This document shows, one piece after another, positions 23,968-36,869 of a stretch of DNA of 64,000 nucleotides. The DNA is taken from positions 186,001 to 250,000 of the forward strand of contig NIVC01000421.1 in NCBI GenBank assembly GCA_002269645.1, written 5' to 3'. The stretch's first letter is position 1, and each line of letters starts with the position of its first letter. The translations under genes were made by a program, and so were the position numbers. The notes beneath the pieces were generated by a model, which did not search any database, had not been told where the DNA came from, and saw only the letters and a list, made by a program, of their open reading frames with translations. Source of the stretch: Macrostomum lignano (Eukaryota).

Positions 23968-26533
23968 TGAGAAAGAGAGAGAAAGTCAGAGAGAGAAAAA
24001 GAGAGAAAGAGAGAAAGAGAGAAATAGAGAAATAGAGAAAGATAGAAAGAGAGACAGTGAGAAAGAGAGAAAGTGAGAAAGAGAGAAAGTGAGAAAGAGA
24101 GAAAGTGAGAAAGAGAGAAAGTGAGAAATAGAGAAAGTGAGAAATAGAGAGAAAGTGAGAAAGAGAGAAAGTGAGAAAGTGAGAAAGAGAGAAAGAGAGA
24201 AAGAGAGAAAGTGAGAAAGAGAGAAAGTGAGAAAGAGAGAAAGTGAGAAAGAGAGAAAGTGAGAAAGAGAGAAAGTGAGAAAGAGAGAAAGTGAGAAATA
24301 GAGAAAGTGAGAAAAAGAGAGAAAGAGAGAAATAGAGAAATAGAGAAAGATAGAAAGAGAGAAAGTGAGAAAGAGAGAAAGTGAGAAAGAGAGAAAGTGA
24401 GAAAGAGAGAAAGTGAGAAAGAGAGAAAGTGAGAAATAGAGAAAGTGAGAAATAGAGAGAAAGTGAGAAAGAGAGAAAGTGAGAAAGAGAGAAAGAGAGA
24501 AAGAGAGAAAGTGAGAAATAGAGAGAAAGTGAGAAAGAGAGAAAGTGAGAAATAGAGTGAAAGAGAGAAAGAGAGAAAGAGAGAAAGTGAGAAAGAGAGA
24601 AATAGAGAAATAGAGAAAGAGAGAAAGAGAGAAAGTGAGAAAGAGAGAAAGTGAGAAAGAGAGAAAGTGAGAAAGAGAGAAAGTGAGAAAGAGAGAAAGA
24701 GAGAAATAGAGAGAAAGTGAGAAAGAGAGAAAGTGAGACAGTGAGAAATAGAGAAATAGAGAAAGAGAGAAAGAGAGAAAGTGAGAAAGAGAGAAAGTGA
24801 GAAAGAGAGAAAGAGAGAAAGAGAGAAAGAGAGAAATAGAGAGAAAGTGAGAAAGAGAGAAAGTGAGAAAGAGAGAAAGAGAGAAATAGAGAGAAAGTGA
24901 GAAAGAGAGAAAGTGAGAAAGAGAGAGAGAGAGAAAGTGAGAAATAGAGAGAAAGTGAGAAAGAGAGAAAGTGAGAAAGAGAGAAAGAGAGAAATAGAGA
25001 AAGAGAGAAAGAGAGAAAGTGAGAAATAGAGAGAAAGTGAGAAAGAGAGAAAGTGAGAAAGTGAGAAATAGAGAAATAGAGAAAGAGAGAAAGAGAGAAA
25101 GTGAGAAAGAGAGAAAGAGAGAAAGAGAGAAAGAGAGAAAGAGAGAAAGAGAGAAATAGAGAGAAAGTGAGAAAGAGAGAAAGTGAGAAAGAGAGAAAGT
25201 GAGAAATAGAGAGAAAGTGAGAAAGAGAGAAAGTGAGAAAGAGAGAAAGAGAGAAAGAGAGAAAGTGAGAAATAGAGAGAAAGTGAGAAAGAGAGAAATA
25301 GAGAGAAAGTGAGAAAGAGAGAAAGAGAGAAAGTGAGAAAGAGAGAAAGAGAGAAAGAGAGAAAGAGAGAAAGTGGGAAAGAGAGAGAAAGTGAGAAAGA
25401 GAGAAAGAGAGAAAGTGAGAAAGAGAGAAATAGAGAGAAAGTGAGAAAGAGAGAAAGAGAGAAAGTGAGAAAGAGAGAAAGTGAGAAATAGAGAGAAAGT
25501 GAGAAAGAGAGAAAGTGAGAAAGAGAGAAAGAGAGAAAGTGAGAAATAGAGAAATAGAGAGAAAGTGAGAAAGAGAGAAAGAGAGAAAGTGAGAAAGAGA
25601 GAAAGAGAGAAATAGAGAGAAAGTGAGAAAGAGAGAAAGTGAGAAAGAGAGAAAGAGAGAAAGAGAGAAATAGAGAGAAAGTGAGAAAGAGAGAAAGTGA
25701 GAAAGTGAGAAATAGAGAAATAGAGAAAGAGAGAAAGAGAGAAAGTGAGAAAGAGAGAAAGTGAGAAAGAGAGAAAGAGAGAAATAGAGAGAAAGTGAGA
25801 AAGAGAGAAAGTTAGAAAGAGAGAAAGTGAGAAATAGAGAAATAGAGAAAGAGAGAAAGAGAGAAAGTGAGAAAGAGAGAAAGTGGGAAAGAGAGAAAGT
25901 GAGAAAGTGAGAAATAGAGAGAAAGTGAGAAAGAGAGAAAGAGAGAAAGTGAGAAATAGAGAGAAAGTGAGAAAGAGAGAAAGTGAGAAAGAGAGAAAGA
26001 GACAAGTGAGAAAGAGAGAAATAGAGAAATAGAGAAAAGAGAAAGAGAGAAAGTGAGAAAGAGAGAAAGAGAGAAAGTGAGAAAGAGAGAAATAGAGAAA
26101 TAGAGAAAGAGAGAAAGAGAGAAAGAGAGAAAGTGAGAAAGAGAAAAGTGAGAAAGAGAGAAAGTGAGAAAGAGAGAAAGAGAGAAATAGAGAGAAAGTG
26201 AGAAAGAGAGAAAGTGAGAAAGAGAGAAAAGAGACAAAGTGAGAAATAGAGAAATAGAGAAATAGAGAAAGAGAGAAAGAGAGAAAGTGAGAAAGAGAGA
26301 AAGAGAGAAAGTGAGAAAGAGAGAAATAGAGAAATAGAGAAAGAGAGAAAGAGAGAAAGTGAGAAAGAGAGAAAGTGAGAAAGAGAGAAAGAGAGAAATA
26401 GAGAGAAAGTGAGAAAGAGAGAAAGTGAGAAATAGAGAGAAAGTGAGAAAGAGAGAAAGTGAGAAATAGAGAGAAAGAGAGAAAGAGAGAAAGTGAGAAA
26501 TAGAGAGAAAGAGAGAAAGAGAGAAAGTGAGAA

Positions 26534-26566
<33 letters not shown>

Positions 26567-28301
26567 AAGAGAGAGAGTGAGAAAGAGAGAAAGTGAGAAA
26601 GAGAGAAAGAGAGAAAGAGAGAAAGAGAGAAAGTGGGAAAGAGAGAGAAAGTGAGAAAGAGAGAAAGAGAGAAAGTGAGAAAGAGAGAAAGAGAGAAAGA
26701 GAGAAAGTGAGAAATAGAGAGAAAGTGAGAAAGAGAGAAATAGAGAGAAAGTGAGAAAGAGAGAAAGAGAGAAAGTGAGAAAGAGAGAAAGAGAGAAAGA
26801 GAGAAAGAGAGAAAGTGGGAAAGAGAGAGAAAGTGAGAAAGAGAGAAAGAGAGAAAGTGAGAAAGAGAGAAATAGAGAGAAAGTGAGAAAGAGAGAAAGA
26901 GAGAAAGTGAGAAAGAGAGAAAGTGAGAAATAGAGAGAAAGTGAGAAAGAGAGAAAGTGAGAAAGAGAGAAAGAGAGAAAGTGAGAAATAGAGAAATAGA
27001 GAGAAAGTGAGAAAGAGAGAAAGAGAGAAAGTGAGAAAGAGAGAAAGAGAGAAATAGAGAGAAAGTGAGAAAGAGAGAAAGTGAGAAAGAGAGAAAGAGA
27101 GAAAGAGAGAAATAGAGAGAAAGTGAGAAAGAGAGAAAGTGAGAAAGTGAGAAATAGAGAAATAGAGAAAGAGAGAAAGAGAGAAAGTGAGAAAGAGAGA
27201 AAGTGAGAAAGAGAGAAAGAGAGAAATAGAGAGAAAGTGAGAAAGAGAGAAAGTTAGAAAGAGAGAAAGTGAGAAATAGAAAATAGAGAAAGAGAGAAAG
27301 AGAGAAAGTGAGAAAGAGAGAAAGTGGGAAAGAGAAAGTGAGAAAGTGAGAAATAGAGAGAAAGTGAGAAAGAGAGAAAGAGAGAAAGTGAGAAATAGAG
27401 AGAAAGTGAGAAAGAGAGAAAGTGAGAAAGAGAGAAAGAGACAAAGTGAGAAAGAGAGAAATAGAGAAATAGAGAAAAAGAGAAAGAGAGAAAGTGAGAA
27501 AGAGAGAAAGAGAGAAAGTGAGAAAGAGAGAAATAGAGAAATAGAGAAAGAGAGAAAGAGAGAAAGAGAGAAAGTGAGAAAGAGAGAAAGTGAGAAAGAG
27601 AGAAAGTGAGAAATAGAGAAATAGAGAAAGAGAGAAAGAGAGAAAGTGAGAAAGAGAGAAAGTGGGAAAGAGAGAAAGTGAGAAAGTGAGAAATAGAGAG
27701 AAAGTGAGAAAGAGAGAAAGAGAGAAAGTGAGAAATAGAGAGAAAGTGAGAAAGAGAGAAAGTGAGAAAGAGAGAAAGAGACAAAGTGAGAAAGAGAGAA
27801 ATAGAGAAATAGAGAAAAAGAGAAAGAGAGAAAGTGAGAAAGAGAGAAAGAGAGAAAGTGAGAAAGAGAGAAATAGAGAAATAGAGAAAGAGAGAAAGAG
27901 AGAAAGAGAGAAAGTGAGAAAGAGAGAAAGTGAGAAAGAGAGAAAGTGAGAAAGAGAGAAAGAGAGAAATAGAGAGAAAGTGAGAAAGAGAGAAAGTGAG
28001 AAAGAGAGAAAGAGAGTGAGAAAGAGAGAAATAGAGAAATAGAGAAAGAGAGAAAGAGAGAAAGTGAGAAAGAGAGAAAGAGAGAAAGTGAGAAAGAGAG
28101 AAATAGAGAAATAGAGAAAGAGAGAAAGAGAGAAAGTGAGAAAGAGAGAAAGTGAGAAAGAGAGAAAGAGAGAAATAGAGAGAAAGAGAGAAAGAGAGAA
28201 AGTGAGAAATAGAGAGAAAGTGAGAAAGAGAGAAAGTGAGAAAGAGAGAAAGAGAGAAAGAGAGAGTGAGAAATAGAGAGAAAGAGAGAGAGAAGTGAGA
28301 A

Positions 28302-28334
<33 letters not shown>

Positions 28335-28474
28335 AAGAGAGAGAGTGAGAAAGAGAGAGAAAGAGAGAGAGTGAGAAAGAGAGAGAAAGAGAGAGAGAGA
28401 AAGAAAGAGAGAAAGAGAGAAAGAGAGAAAGAGAGAAAGAGAGAAATAGAGAAAGAGAGAAATAGAGAGAAAGT

Positions 28475-28525
<51 letters not shown>
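22865..28525 (+). repeat. 5.6-kb near-pure purine (GA-rich) tract
   Basis: GAGAAA/GAGAGAAA units with sparse GT/AT variants and almost no C; internal kb-scale duplications. Confidence 0.97.
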
Positions 28526-28527
<2 letters not shown>

Positions 28528-29190
28528 TGGAGAGGCGTTGCCGCTGGCATCCTTCTTTGTGCTGATGTCTATGGCCGAACTACGAACTTGTTCAGCCTAA
28601 CTATCAACCAAGGACCACTGTAGTACAACAGGACGTAAAACTTAAAGATCGTGTAATTTCTTTGGAGCCCTATTTCTGGGAAAAAATACACTGCGGAGAC
28701 AGGAAAAAATTTGAAACTAAACTAAAACTTCATTTGTGATGGAAAGATTTCCAACTCTACCTTGGGCTTATGAAATAAAAAGAAGATCAAACTATCACTA
28801 CAAAATATACAAAATACAACACAGTAACATATTGTGCATGCTAAATAAAATATAAATGAAGTAAAAGATAAAGTTAAAATAAAAGATATACCTGTTCTTG
28901 CTTATCAACTTGCCTGACCAAAGCATTATCAGTATTGTACCATAGACATTTATGACGAAGTCAGACTACCAGGAGCCTCCCAGCTTTGACCATAGACTAT
29001 TTTCTGCTTGCCATCATTTGCCATTCATAGCAGACAATATGTTCGTCTATGACGCAACTGAGACCTGGGGCTCTCGACCATAGACTATAAAGCCAGTCAA
29101 CTGAAAAAATCGTTTGTGTTATCTAGGATAGGATACTATACATCTACAAGTTTTTCCTTAACCAGCACCATTGCAACATCGCTTTTGCAG

Positions 29191-29261
29191 AGCAGCAACC
29201 GGTCAATGTGAATATCAGCGTAAGAATCTCTTCTGTTAGCTCCATATCCGAAGTTAATATG
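29191..29261 (+). CDS. Rdl: RDL-like channel, exon 3
   Basis: TTTTGCAG| phase 1; QQPVNVNISVRISSVSSISEVNM; donor ATG|GTAAAT. Confidence 0.9.
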
Positions 29262-29319
29262 GTAAATTTGTTTTTATGTTATGGACTTCTTAGTATACTA
29301 CAAATAGATTCATATCCCT

Positions 29320-29750
29320 CATGAGATCACTCCAATCTCCCATGAGATCACTCTAATCTCCCATGAGATCACTCCAATCTCCCGTGATATCACTCCAATC
29401 TCCCATTAGATCACTCCAATCTCCCATTAGATAACTCAAATCTCCCAGTAGATCACTCTAATCTTCTATTAGATTACTCACTCCAATCTACCATTAAATC
29501 ACTCCAATCTCCCGTGAGATCTTTCTAATCTCTAATCTCCCATTAGATCACTCCAATCTCTCATGAAATCACCCCAATCTCCCGTGAGATCACTCTAACC
29601 TCCCATGAGATCACTCCAATCTCTCATTAAATCACTTGAATCTCCTATTAGATCACTCCTGTCTCCCATTAGATCACTCCAATCTTCCATGGGATTACTC
29701 TAATCTTCAATGAGATCACTCCCATACCCCATTAGATCACTCTAACTTCC
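29320..29750. repeat. Degenerate 21-bp repeat (GAGATCACTCCAATCTCCCAT)n
   Basis: Direct. Confidence 0.88.
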
Positions 29751-29830
29751 GTACCATGATGTTCTTATAGATCATATATAACTTACATTTTATCCATCAA
29801 ATTAAACACTTACCACAAAAAAATCTGCAG

Positions 29831-30075
29831 GATTTCACGGTCGACATGTACTTTCGGCAGCGCTGGCAGGACAAGAGGCTGGCATTCGCTCACTACCTCA
29901 AAGGTCGAGAAGACGAACTGGACGAGAGTGTGAACATTGCGGAGGAGATGCTGCACAAGATCTGGTGGCCTGACACCTTCTTTGCCAATGCTAAAAAGTC
30001 AGAATTCCATCACGCCACAACTAGGAATGCATTTCTAAGAATTGACAGCATGGGCAATGTCTTTCATAGTCTCAG
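29831..30075 (+). CDS. Rdl: RDL-like channel, exon 4 (loops D, A, E)
   Basis: CTGCAG|DFTVDMYFRQRWQDKRL...IWWPDTFFANAKKSEFHHATTRNAFLRI; donor AG|GTGAGT. Confidence 0.95.
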
Positions 30076-30139
30076 GTGAGTTCGTTACATTTAGGGTGTT
30101 TTTTTGTGATCCCAATTCGGTAATCCTGAAATTGTTCTC

Positions 30140-32228
30140 ATCCCTGTTTATCTGATCCCTGTTTATCTGATCCCTGTTTATCTGATCCCTGTTTATCTGA
30201 TCCCTGTTTATCTGATCCATATGTTTATCTGATCCCTGTTTATCTAATCCATATGTTTATCTGATCCCTGTTTATCTGATCCCTGTTTATCTGACCCATA
30301 TGTTTATCTGATCCCTGTTTATCTGATCCATATGTTTATCTGATCCCTGTTTATCTGATCCCTATATTTATCTGATCCCTGTTTATCTGATCCATATGTT
30401 TATCTGATCCCTGTTTATCTGATCCCTGTTTATCTGATCCCTGTTTATCTGATCCCTGTTTATCTGATCCCTGTTTATCTGATCCCTGTTTATCTGATCC
30501 CTGTTTATCTGATCCCTGTTTATCTGATCCCTGTTTATCTGATCCCTGTTTATCTGATCCCTGTTTATCTGATCCCTGTTTATCTGATCCCTGTTTATCT
30601 GATCCCTGTTTATCTCATCCCTGTTTATCTGATCCCTGTTTATCTGATCCCTGTTTATCTGATCCCTGTTTATCTGATCCCTGTTTATCTGATCCCTGTT
30701 TATCTGATCCCTGTTTATCTGATCCCTGTTTATCTGATCCCTGTTTATCTGATCCCTGTTTATCTGATCCCTGTTTATCTGATCCCTGTTTATCTGATCC
30801 ATATTTTATCTGATCCCTGTTTATCTGATCCATATGTTTATCTGATCCCTGTTTATCTAATCCATATGTTTATCATGTTTATCTGATCCCTGTTTATCTG
30901 ATCCATATGTTTATCTGATCCATATGTTTATCTGATCCCTGTTTATCTGATCCCTGTTTATCTGATCCATATGTTTATCTGATCCATATGTTTATCTGAT
31001 CCCTGTTTATCTGATCCCTGTTTATCTGATCCATATGTTTATCTGATTCCTGTTTATCTGATCCCTGTTTATCTGACCCATATGTTTATCTGATCCCTGT
31101 TTATCTGATCCCTGTTTATCTGATCCATATGTTTATCTGATCCCTGTTTATCTGATCCCTGTTTATCTGACCCATATATTTATCTGATCCCTGTTTATCT
31201 GATCCATATGTTTATCTGATCCCTGTTTATCTGATCCCTGTTTATCTGATCCCTGTTTATCTGATCCCTGTTTATCTGATCCCTGTTTATCTGATCCCTG
31301 TTTATCTGATCCCTGTTTATCTGATCCCTGTTTATCTGATCCCTGTTTATCTGATCCATATTTTATCTGATCCCTGTTTATCTGATCCCTGTTTATCTGA
31401 TCCATATTTTATCTGATCCCTGTTTATCTGATCCATATGTTTATCTGATCCCTGTTTATCTGATCCCTGTTTATCTGATCCATATTTTATCTGATCCCTG
31501 TTTATCTGATCCATATGTTTATCTGATCCCTGTTTATCTAATCCATATGTTTATCATGTTTATCTGATCCCTGTTTATCTGATCCATATGTTTATCTGAT
31601 CCATATGTTTATCTGATCCCTGTTTATCTGATCCCTGTTTATCTGATCCATATGTTTATCTGATCCATATGTTTATCTGATCCCTGTTTATCTGATCCCT
31701 GTTTATCTGATCCATATGTTTATCTGATTCCTGTTTATCTGATCCCTGTTTATCTGACCCATATGTTTATCTGATCCCTGTTTATCTGATCCCTGTTTAT
31801 CTGACCCATATGTTTATCTGATCCCTGTTTATCTGATCCATATGTTTATCTGATCCCTGTTTATCTGATCCCTGTTTATCTGACCCATATATTTATCTGA
31901 TCCCTGTTTATCTGATCCATATGTTTATCTGATCCCTGTTTATCTGATCCCTGTTTATCTGATCCCTGTTTATCTGATCCCTGTTTATCTGATCCCTGTT
32001 TATCTGATCCCTGTTTATCTGATCCCTGTTTATCTGATCCCTGTTTATCTGATCCCTGTTTATCTGATCCCTGTTTATCTGATCCCTGTTTATCTGATCC
32101 ATATGTTTATCTAATCCATATGTTTATCTGATCCCTGTTTATCTGATCCCTGTTTATCTGATCCCTGTTTATCTGATCCATATGTTTATCTGATCCCTGT
32201 TTATCTGATCCCTGTTTATCTGATCCCT
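30140..32228. repeat. 15-bp (CCCTGTTTATCTGAT)n array with a 17-bp CCATAT variant
   Basis: Direct; variant patterns recur in larger blocks. Confidence 0.97.
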
Positions 32229-32974
32229 CTTTTCATACTCCCCGATCTTCTCATCCCTTCAAACCCCATGCTTTTAAACTCTTCCATATCGATTTTCTGT
32301 CTTCGAAAAAACCACATTGGAAAAAAACTTTTGTCAAAGATTTCAAAACTGCCACTTTCCTATAGAAGTAAAGTGTGTAGAAAGCATTCCTATAGAGCTC
32401 TTAACAGTGTTGCTTTTTACACAAAAAAATTATAAAAGGAAAAAATTCTACTGAACAAAGGAAAAAGTATGTTTCTCCATAGTGAGAACAATAAGAGTAG
32501 CGCTTTCGGTTCGACTAAAAAGTTTTCCGTTGTTTCTTAGAATTCCGTCATTCATCTCTGACGGTCTCTTAGATTCCCGAAAAAGTTTTACCTGCAACTC
32601 CACCGCCATTGTTGTCTGCTAGAGTTTCGGTTTTAACGGACTAGGGTGGATCTTATTGGGGAATCCAGAAAGCAGTATAAAAGAATGATTGCTTTACATC
32701 TTTAGCGCTCTGCTTTTGTTCTTCGGGTTGAACTTGTAGATGGATCTGGTCTTGTGGCTGTCCTCACTCTCCCGATCCTTCCAGCTTTTCTTCTTCCCGT
32801 CACTTTCCTGAGCTCTTTCTTGTCATCATCCGAGGCCCAGACTTTCCTTTTCCCGTCTGTCTGCTGAGCCGGCTTCTTTTCACTGATTGCCGTCTCCTGC
32901 TTCTCCTGGTGTCTTTCTGCCTACGCTGCATGCTACTAACCTCCTCTGCATTGCCTCTCAGAGCTCTTTCACCC

Positions 32975-33200
32975 CCTCTTTTCCCTCTCCCTCTCCCTCT
33001 CCCTCTTCCTCTCCCTCTCCCTCTCCCTCTCCCTCTCCCTCTCCCTCTCCCTCTCCCTCTCCCTCTCCCTCTCTCTCTCCCTCTCCCTCTCTCCCTCTCC
33101 CTCTCCCTCTCCCTCTCCCTCTCCCTCTCCCTCTCCCTCTCCCTCTCCTTCTCCCTCTCTTCTCTCCCTCTTCTCTCTCCCTCTTACCCTCTCTCTACTC
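32975..33200. repeat. (CCCTCT)n microsatellite
   Basis: Direct. Confidence 0.93.
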
Positions 33201-33884
33201 CTGACCTGCCTCACCCTCTTTCCCTCAATCGCAACCGCACACAGAAATAGACATGAGTATCGCAGACACAGGAAAATCAAATATCAAGTCAGTAACGAGA
33301 CTGTGTAGAATGAAATCAACAAGTACTACATGCTCGTTTTAGTCATCCAGGTCTTCTCCTTATTACCCTTAATCCACAAGTCCTTAATCCCGTCTATAAT
33401 TCCCCTAGGCATCTAATAGTTATTTAACCAACCATATAGTAACCGGGCTTAACCAAGCGAACACATCCGTATATTCGTATTAACAGCAAGCAGTTATCGG
33501 GTGAGCAAAATTCTCCCAATCATGCAACCTGAGGTGCTTACTCCAGCATTTCTCCACTTACTCAGTTAGTTGGGATGAAGAAAAACTATTTTTCCTTTAT
33601 TTCCCCGCGGTTTCCCTAACCGAAATGGTATTACTTGTTTTAATAAAGGAACTTTTCTGGCACTATATAGCATTATTTGTCACGCATGACCACACAGTCA
33701 TATACTGTCCTTATAATACCGCATTTTCCCGGCAATATTTCTTCTATAAACTGTTTCATAAACGGAATTGAGGAACTTTCTTAAAGTAAGAAAATAGAAA
33801 CAGTTGTGAGACTAAACGCAGCCCGCATCTCATTTGCATAGAAGCTTTGTAAAGTTTTTTAAACCGAATAACCCGAATCTCACT

Positions 33885-34295
33885 TCATGAATCTCAGTTC
33901 ATGAGTCTCAGTTCATGAATCTCAGTTCATGAATCTTACTTCATGAATCTCAGTTCATGGATCTTACTTCATGAATCTCAGTTCATGAATCTCGCTTCAT
34001 GAATCTCAGTTCATGAGTCTCAGTTCATGAATCTCAGTTCATGGATCTTACTTCATGAATCTCAGTTCATGAATCTCAGTTCATGAATCTCAGTTCATGA
34101 ATCATACTTCGTGAATCTCAGTTCATGAATCACACTTCATGAATCTCAGTTCATGAATCTCAGTTGATGAATCATACTTCATGAATGTCGTGAATCCCCT
34201 GAATCTCATACCCGCAATCTCATATCCTGAATTTCGTGCACTAATTTCATAACCTGAATCTCACACCTGGATCTCATATCCTGAATCTCACACCC
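33885..34295. repeat. 14-bp (TTCATGAATCTCAG)n array grading into TGAATCTCACACCC units
   Basis: Direct; the right-hand units are the reverse complement of the array at 34578-34905. Confidence 0.88.
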
Positions 34296-34378
34296 TAAAT
34301 GTTGGGTTGCTGGGGCAATAAAGAGCTTTTTTATCTGTTACTAATATCTCGAAGCCCAACTGTTGCCCAACCCCTCAG

Positions 34379-34461
34379 ACTGACTGTGACGGCAATGTGC
34401 CCCATGGACCTGACCTATTTTCCTATGGACGCTCAGATCTGCTCAGTGGAAATTGAAAGCT
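34379..34461 (+). CDS. Rdl: RDL-like channel, exon 5 (Cys-loop)
   Basis: 83-nt exon LTVTAMCPMDLTYFPMDAQICSVEIES; CCTCAG| acceptor and T|GTGAGT donor. Confidence 0.96.
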
Positions 34462-34577
34462 GTGAGTAGTCGATTGTGGTAAATGGTTTTGAGTTGCTAT
34501 TTAAATCTACCTGTTCTCATGTGGTAGGGAAGATTATTGCCAGAGTAAGATTCATGGTATAATACTCCGGGTTTTAC

Positions 34578-34905
34578 ACTCAGGGTGTGAGATTCAGGGC
34601 TTTAGACTCAGGGTGTGAGATTCAGAGTGTGAGATTCAGCATGTGAGATTCAGGGTGTGAGATTCAGGGTGTGAGATACAGGGTGTGAGATTCAGGGCTT
34701 TAGACTCAGGGTGTGAGATTCAGGGTGTGAGATACAGGGTGTGAGATTCAGGGTGTGAGATTCAGGGTGTGAGATTCAGGGTGTGAGATTCAGGATGTGA
34801 GATTCAGGGTGTGAGTTTCAGTGTATGAGATTCAAGGTGTGAGATTCAGGGTGTGAGATTCAGGGTGTGAGATTCAGGGTGTGAGATTCAGGGTATGAGA
34901 TTCAT
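34578..34905. repeat. 14-bp (GGGTGTGAGATTCA)n array
   Basis: Direct. Confidence 0.93.
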
Positions 34906-35060
34906 GCCGAGAGATTAACGGCATGGTTATCTAAGTTGGGATTCAGAATGCGAGTTTCTTATTGTTATTTAGGAACTGAAGTTAAGGTCTCAGATTCATT
35001 CACCTATATCAAGCCTATTAACCAACAATTAACCACGAGCAACATCCTGTCACAAACCAG

Positions 35061-35195
35061 TTGGCTACACCACCAAAGACATTCGATACAGCTGGGACGC
35101 GAACCGACCGCTGGAGGTGTCCGAAGATGTCCGCCTGCCTCAGTACATTGTCCGGGGCAAACGGAAACGCATTCGAGAAGTGGAACTTTCCACGG
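35061..35195 (+). CDS. Rdl: RDL-like channel, exon 6
   Basis: (F)GYTTKDIRYSW...VRLPQY...ELSTG; AACCAG| acceptor and G|GTAAGT donor. Confidence 0.95.
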
Positions 35196-35273
35196 GTAAG
35201 TTGAAGGGGGCCGATTTTTGCTAATCCTAATTTTACCTCACAAAATGCAGATGAAATTTATTCGAAATTACAG

Positions 35274-35426
35274 GAAACTATTCCAGACTTGCAGCGGAGT
35301 TCTACTTTGCCAGGAGTATGGGCTATTACCTCATCCAAATCTACATTCCCAGCACTCTGATTGTGGTGCTTAGCTGGGTTAGTTTCTGGCTATCTAGATC
35401 TGCCGTACCTGCGCGAGTGGCTCTGG
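35274..35426 (+). CDS. Rdl: RDL-like channel, exon 7 (loop C, M1, start of M2)
   Basis: 153-nt exon [51 protein letters not shown]. Confidence 0.96.
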
Positions 35427-35489
35427 GTTTGTAAAGTTTCCATCAACTACTTCTTGCTGCTAGGATTGAGGGAGTGAAATAGCAGTAGC

Positions 35490-35700
35490 TGGTTCATTGG
35501 CTGGGAGGAGTCAAGGAGGGAGGTGGGTATCGTCGTTTCATTGGCTGGGGAGTTAAGGAGTGAGGTGGGTGTCGCCGTTTCATTGGCTAGGGGAAGTCAA
35601 GGAGTGAGGTGGGTGTCGTCGTTTCATTGGCTTGGAGGAGTCAAGGAGTGAGGTGGGTGTCGCCGTTTCATTGGCTGGGAGGAGTCAAGGAGTAAGGTCG
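35490..35700. repeat. About 45-bp repeat (TCATTGGCTGGGAGGAGTCAAGGAGTGAGGTGGGTGTCGCCGTT)
   Basis: About 5 copies. Confidence 0.88.
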
Positions 35701-35779
35701 CTACCAATCAGTTTTACTTAGAATCAAAATTATTGTAAATCAGCGTAGTAATAAAATTTCTCTTCTAAAATTCTCGAAG

Positions 35780-36030
35780 GCATCACCACCGTGCTCACCA
35801 TGACAACTTTGATCTCGTCAACTAATGCCGCACTGCCAAAGATCAGCTATCTAAAATCCATAGACGTGTACCTGGTCACGTGCTTCTTTATGGTGTTCGC
35901 TTCGTTATTGGAATACGCGGCGGTGTGCTATTTAGAGAAGTGCTCAAACAGGTTGACGAAAGCGGCAGCTGCTTTGGAGTCCTCGAGCGGCCCTCAAACC
36001 GGATTTGGCGAATCTAGGTGTCGGCAACAG
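35780..36030 (+). CDS. Rdl: RDL-like channel, exon 8 (M2, M3)
   Basis: [48 protein letters not shown], nearly identical to insect RDL; the donor is uncertain (36030 phase 0 or 36112 phase 1). Confidence 0.9.
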
Positions 36031-36869
36031 GTGAAAAGAGGAAACAGGCGGTGCTTCTTGAACTCGTCTGGAAGGCAAGCCGGTTGGCTGACCCAATCGG
36101 GGGGCACCGTTCGTGAGCTGGTGAGACCATTTACCTTCATATACCTGAGTAATGTCATTGTCAAGTTACTTTGAACAAAACAATCAGAAATTCAAATACC
36201 AGAACAGAATCTGCATATGCTTAATTTCTTTTGAGTAACAATTTTGCGTCATTTGATTTGGCGCCAATTTTACAGTAATTTCTTCTTAGATTTTGGCGCT
36301 TTTTATCGACTTCTTGGTGCTACAGTTAGTTAGCGATTCTGTCAAATTTTTGTCCCGGTTTTACACCCAAAAATCCAAAATCTGTCTTTAGGAACCTGAG
36401 GCCACTTGGACTGTTTAAAAGCCCTCAATTACGAGCTATCTGCCTGCAAGGAAATACCTGGCACTGGCAGTTAATCACCTGGCTAACTGATCCAGCAGGA
36501 CAAACTATTAGTTGCTCAACTTGTCTTGTTTATATTTTTTATAAAAAGCGTCTTTTGAGCAAAGATCCTTGGGGATTATGGAGAGTCTTCTGTAAATCCA
36601 GTTGAGTCCAAGATTAACAGTCCCCGATGCCCTATACTCGTACTAAGATCAGGTGGGTAAATTCAGGTAGGTAAATACGGTTGAAAATTACTTATGTTCG
36701 ATTTACCTCAACTGGCAGGTAAAAATGACCAAAGTTAGTGAAGTCCTTCTGACAGTTTGAGCGTCGAAAAAACATGTCAAACGTCCAGATACCTGTTTCT
36801 TTACTACACAGGTATGCATTTCTTAGTGTCAAGAAATGAACCAAATTTAAAAGGTGACATGACTCACAG

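Noticed and set aside
22829-28550. ORFs of 900-1150 aa rich in Ser/Leu/Phe
   Set aside because: The complement of a purine tract cannot contain stop codons; not protein-like.
32560-32936. Lys-rich, coding-like minus-strand fragment (DGKRKVW..DGKKKSW)
   Set aside because: Needs a frameshift, has no family resemblance and no consistent exon chain.
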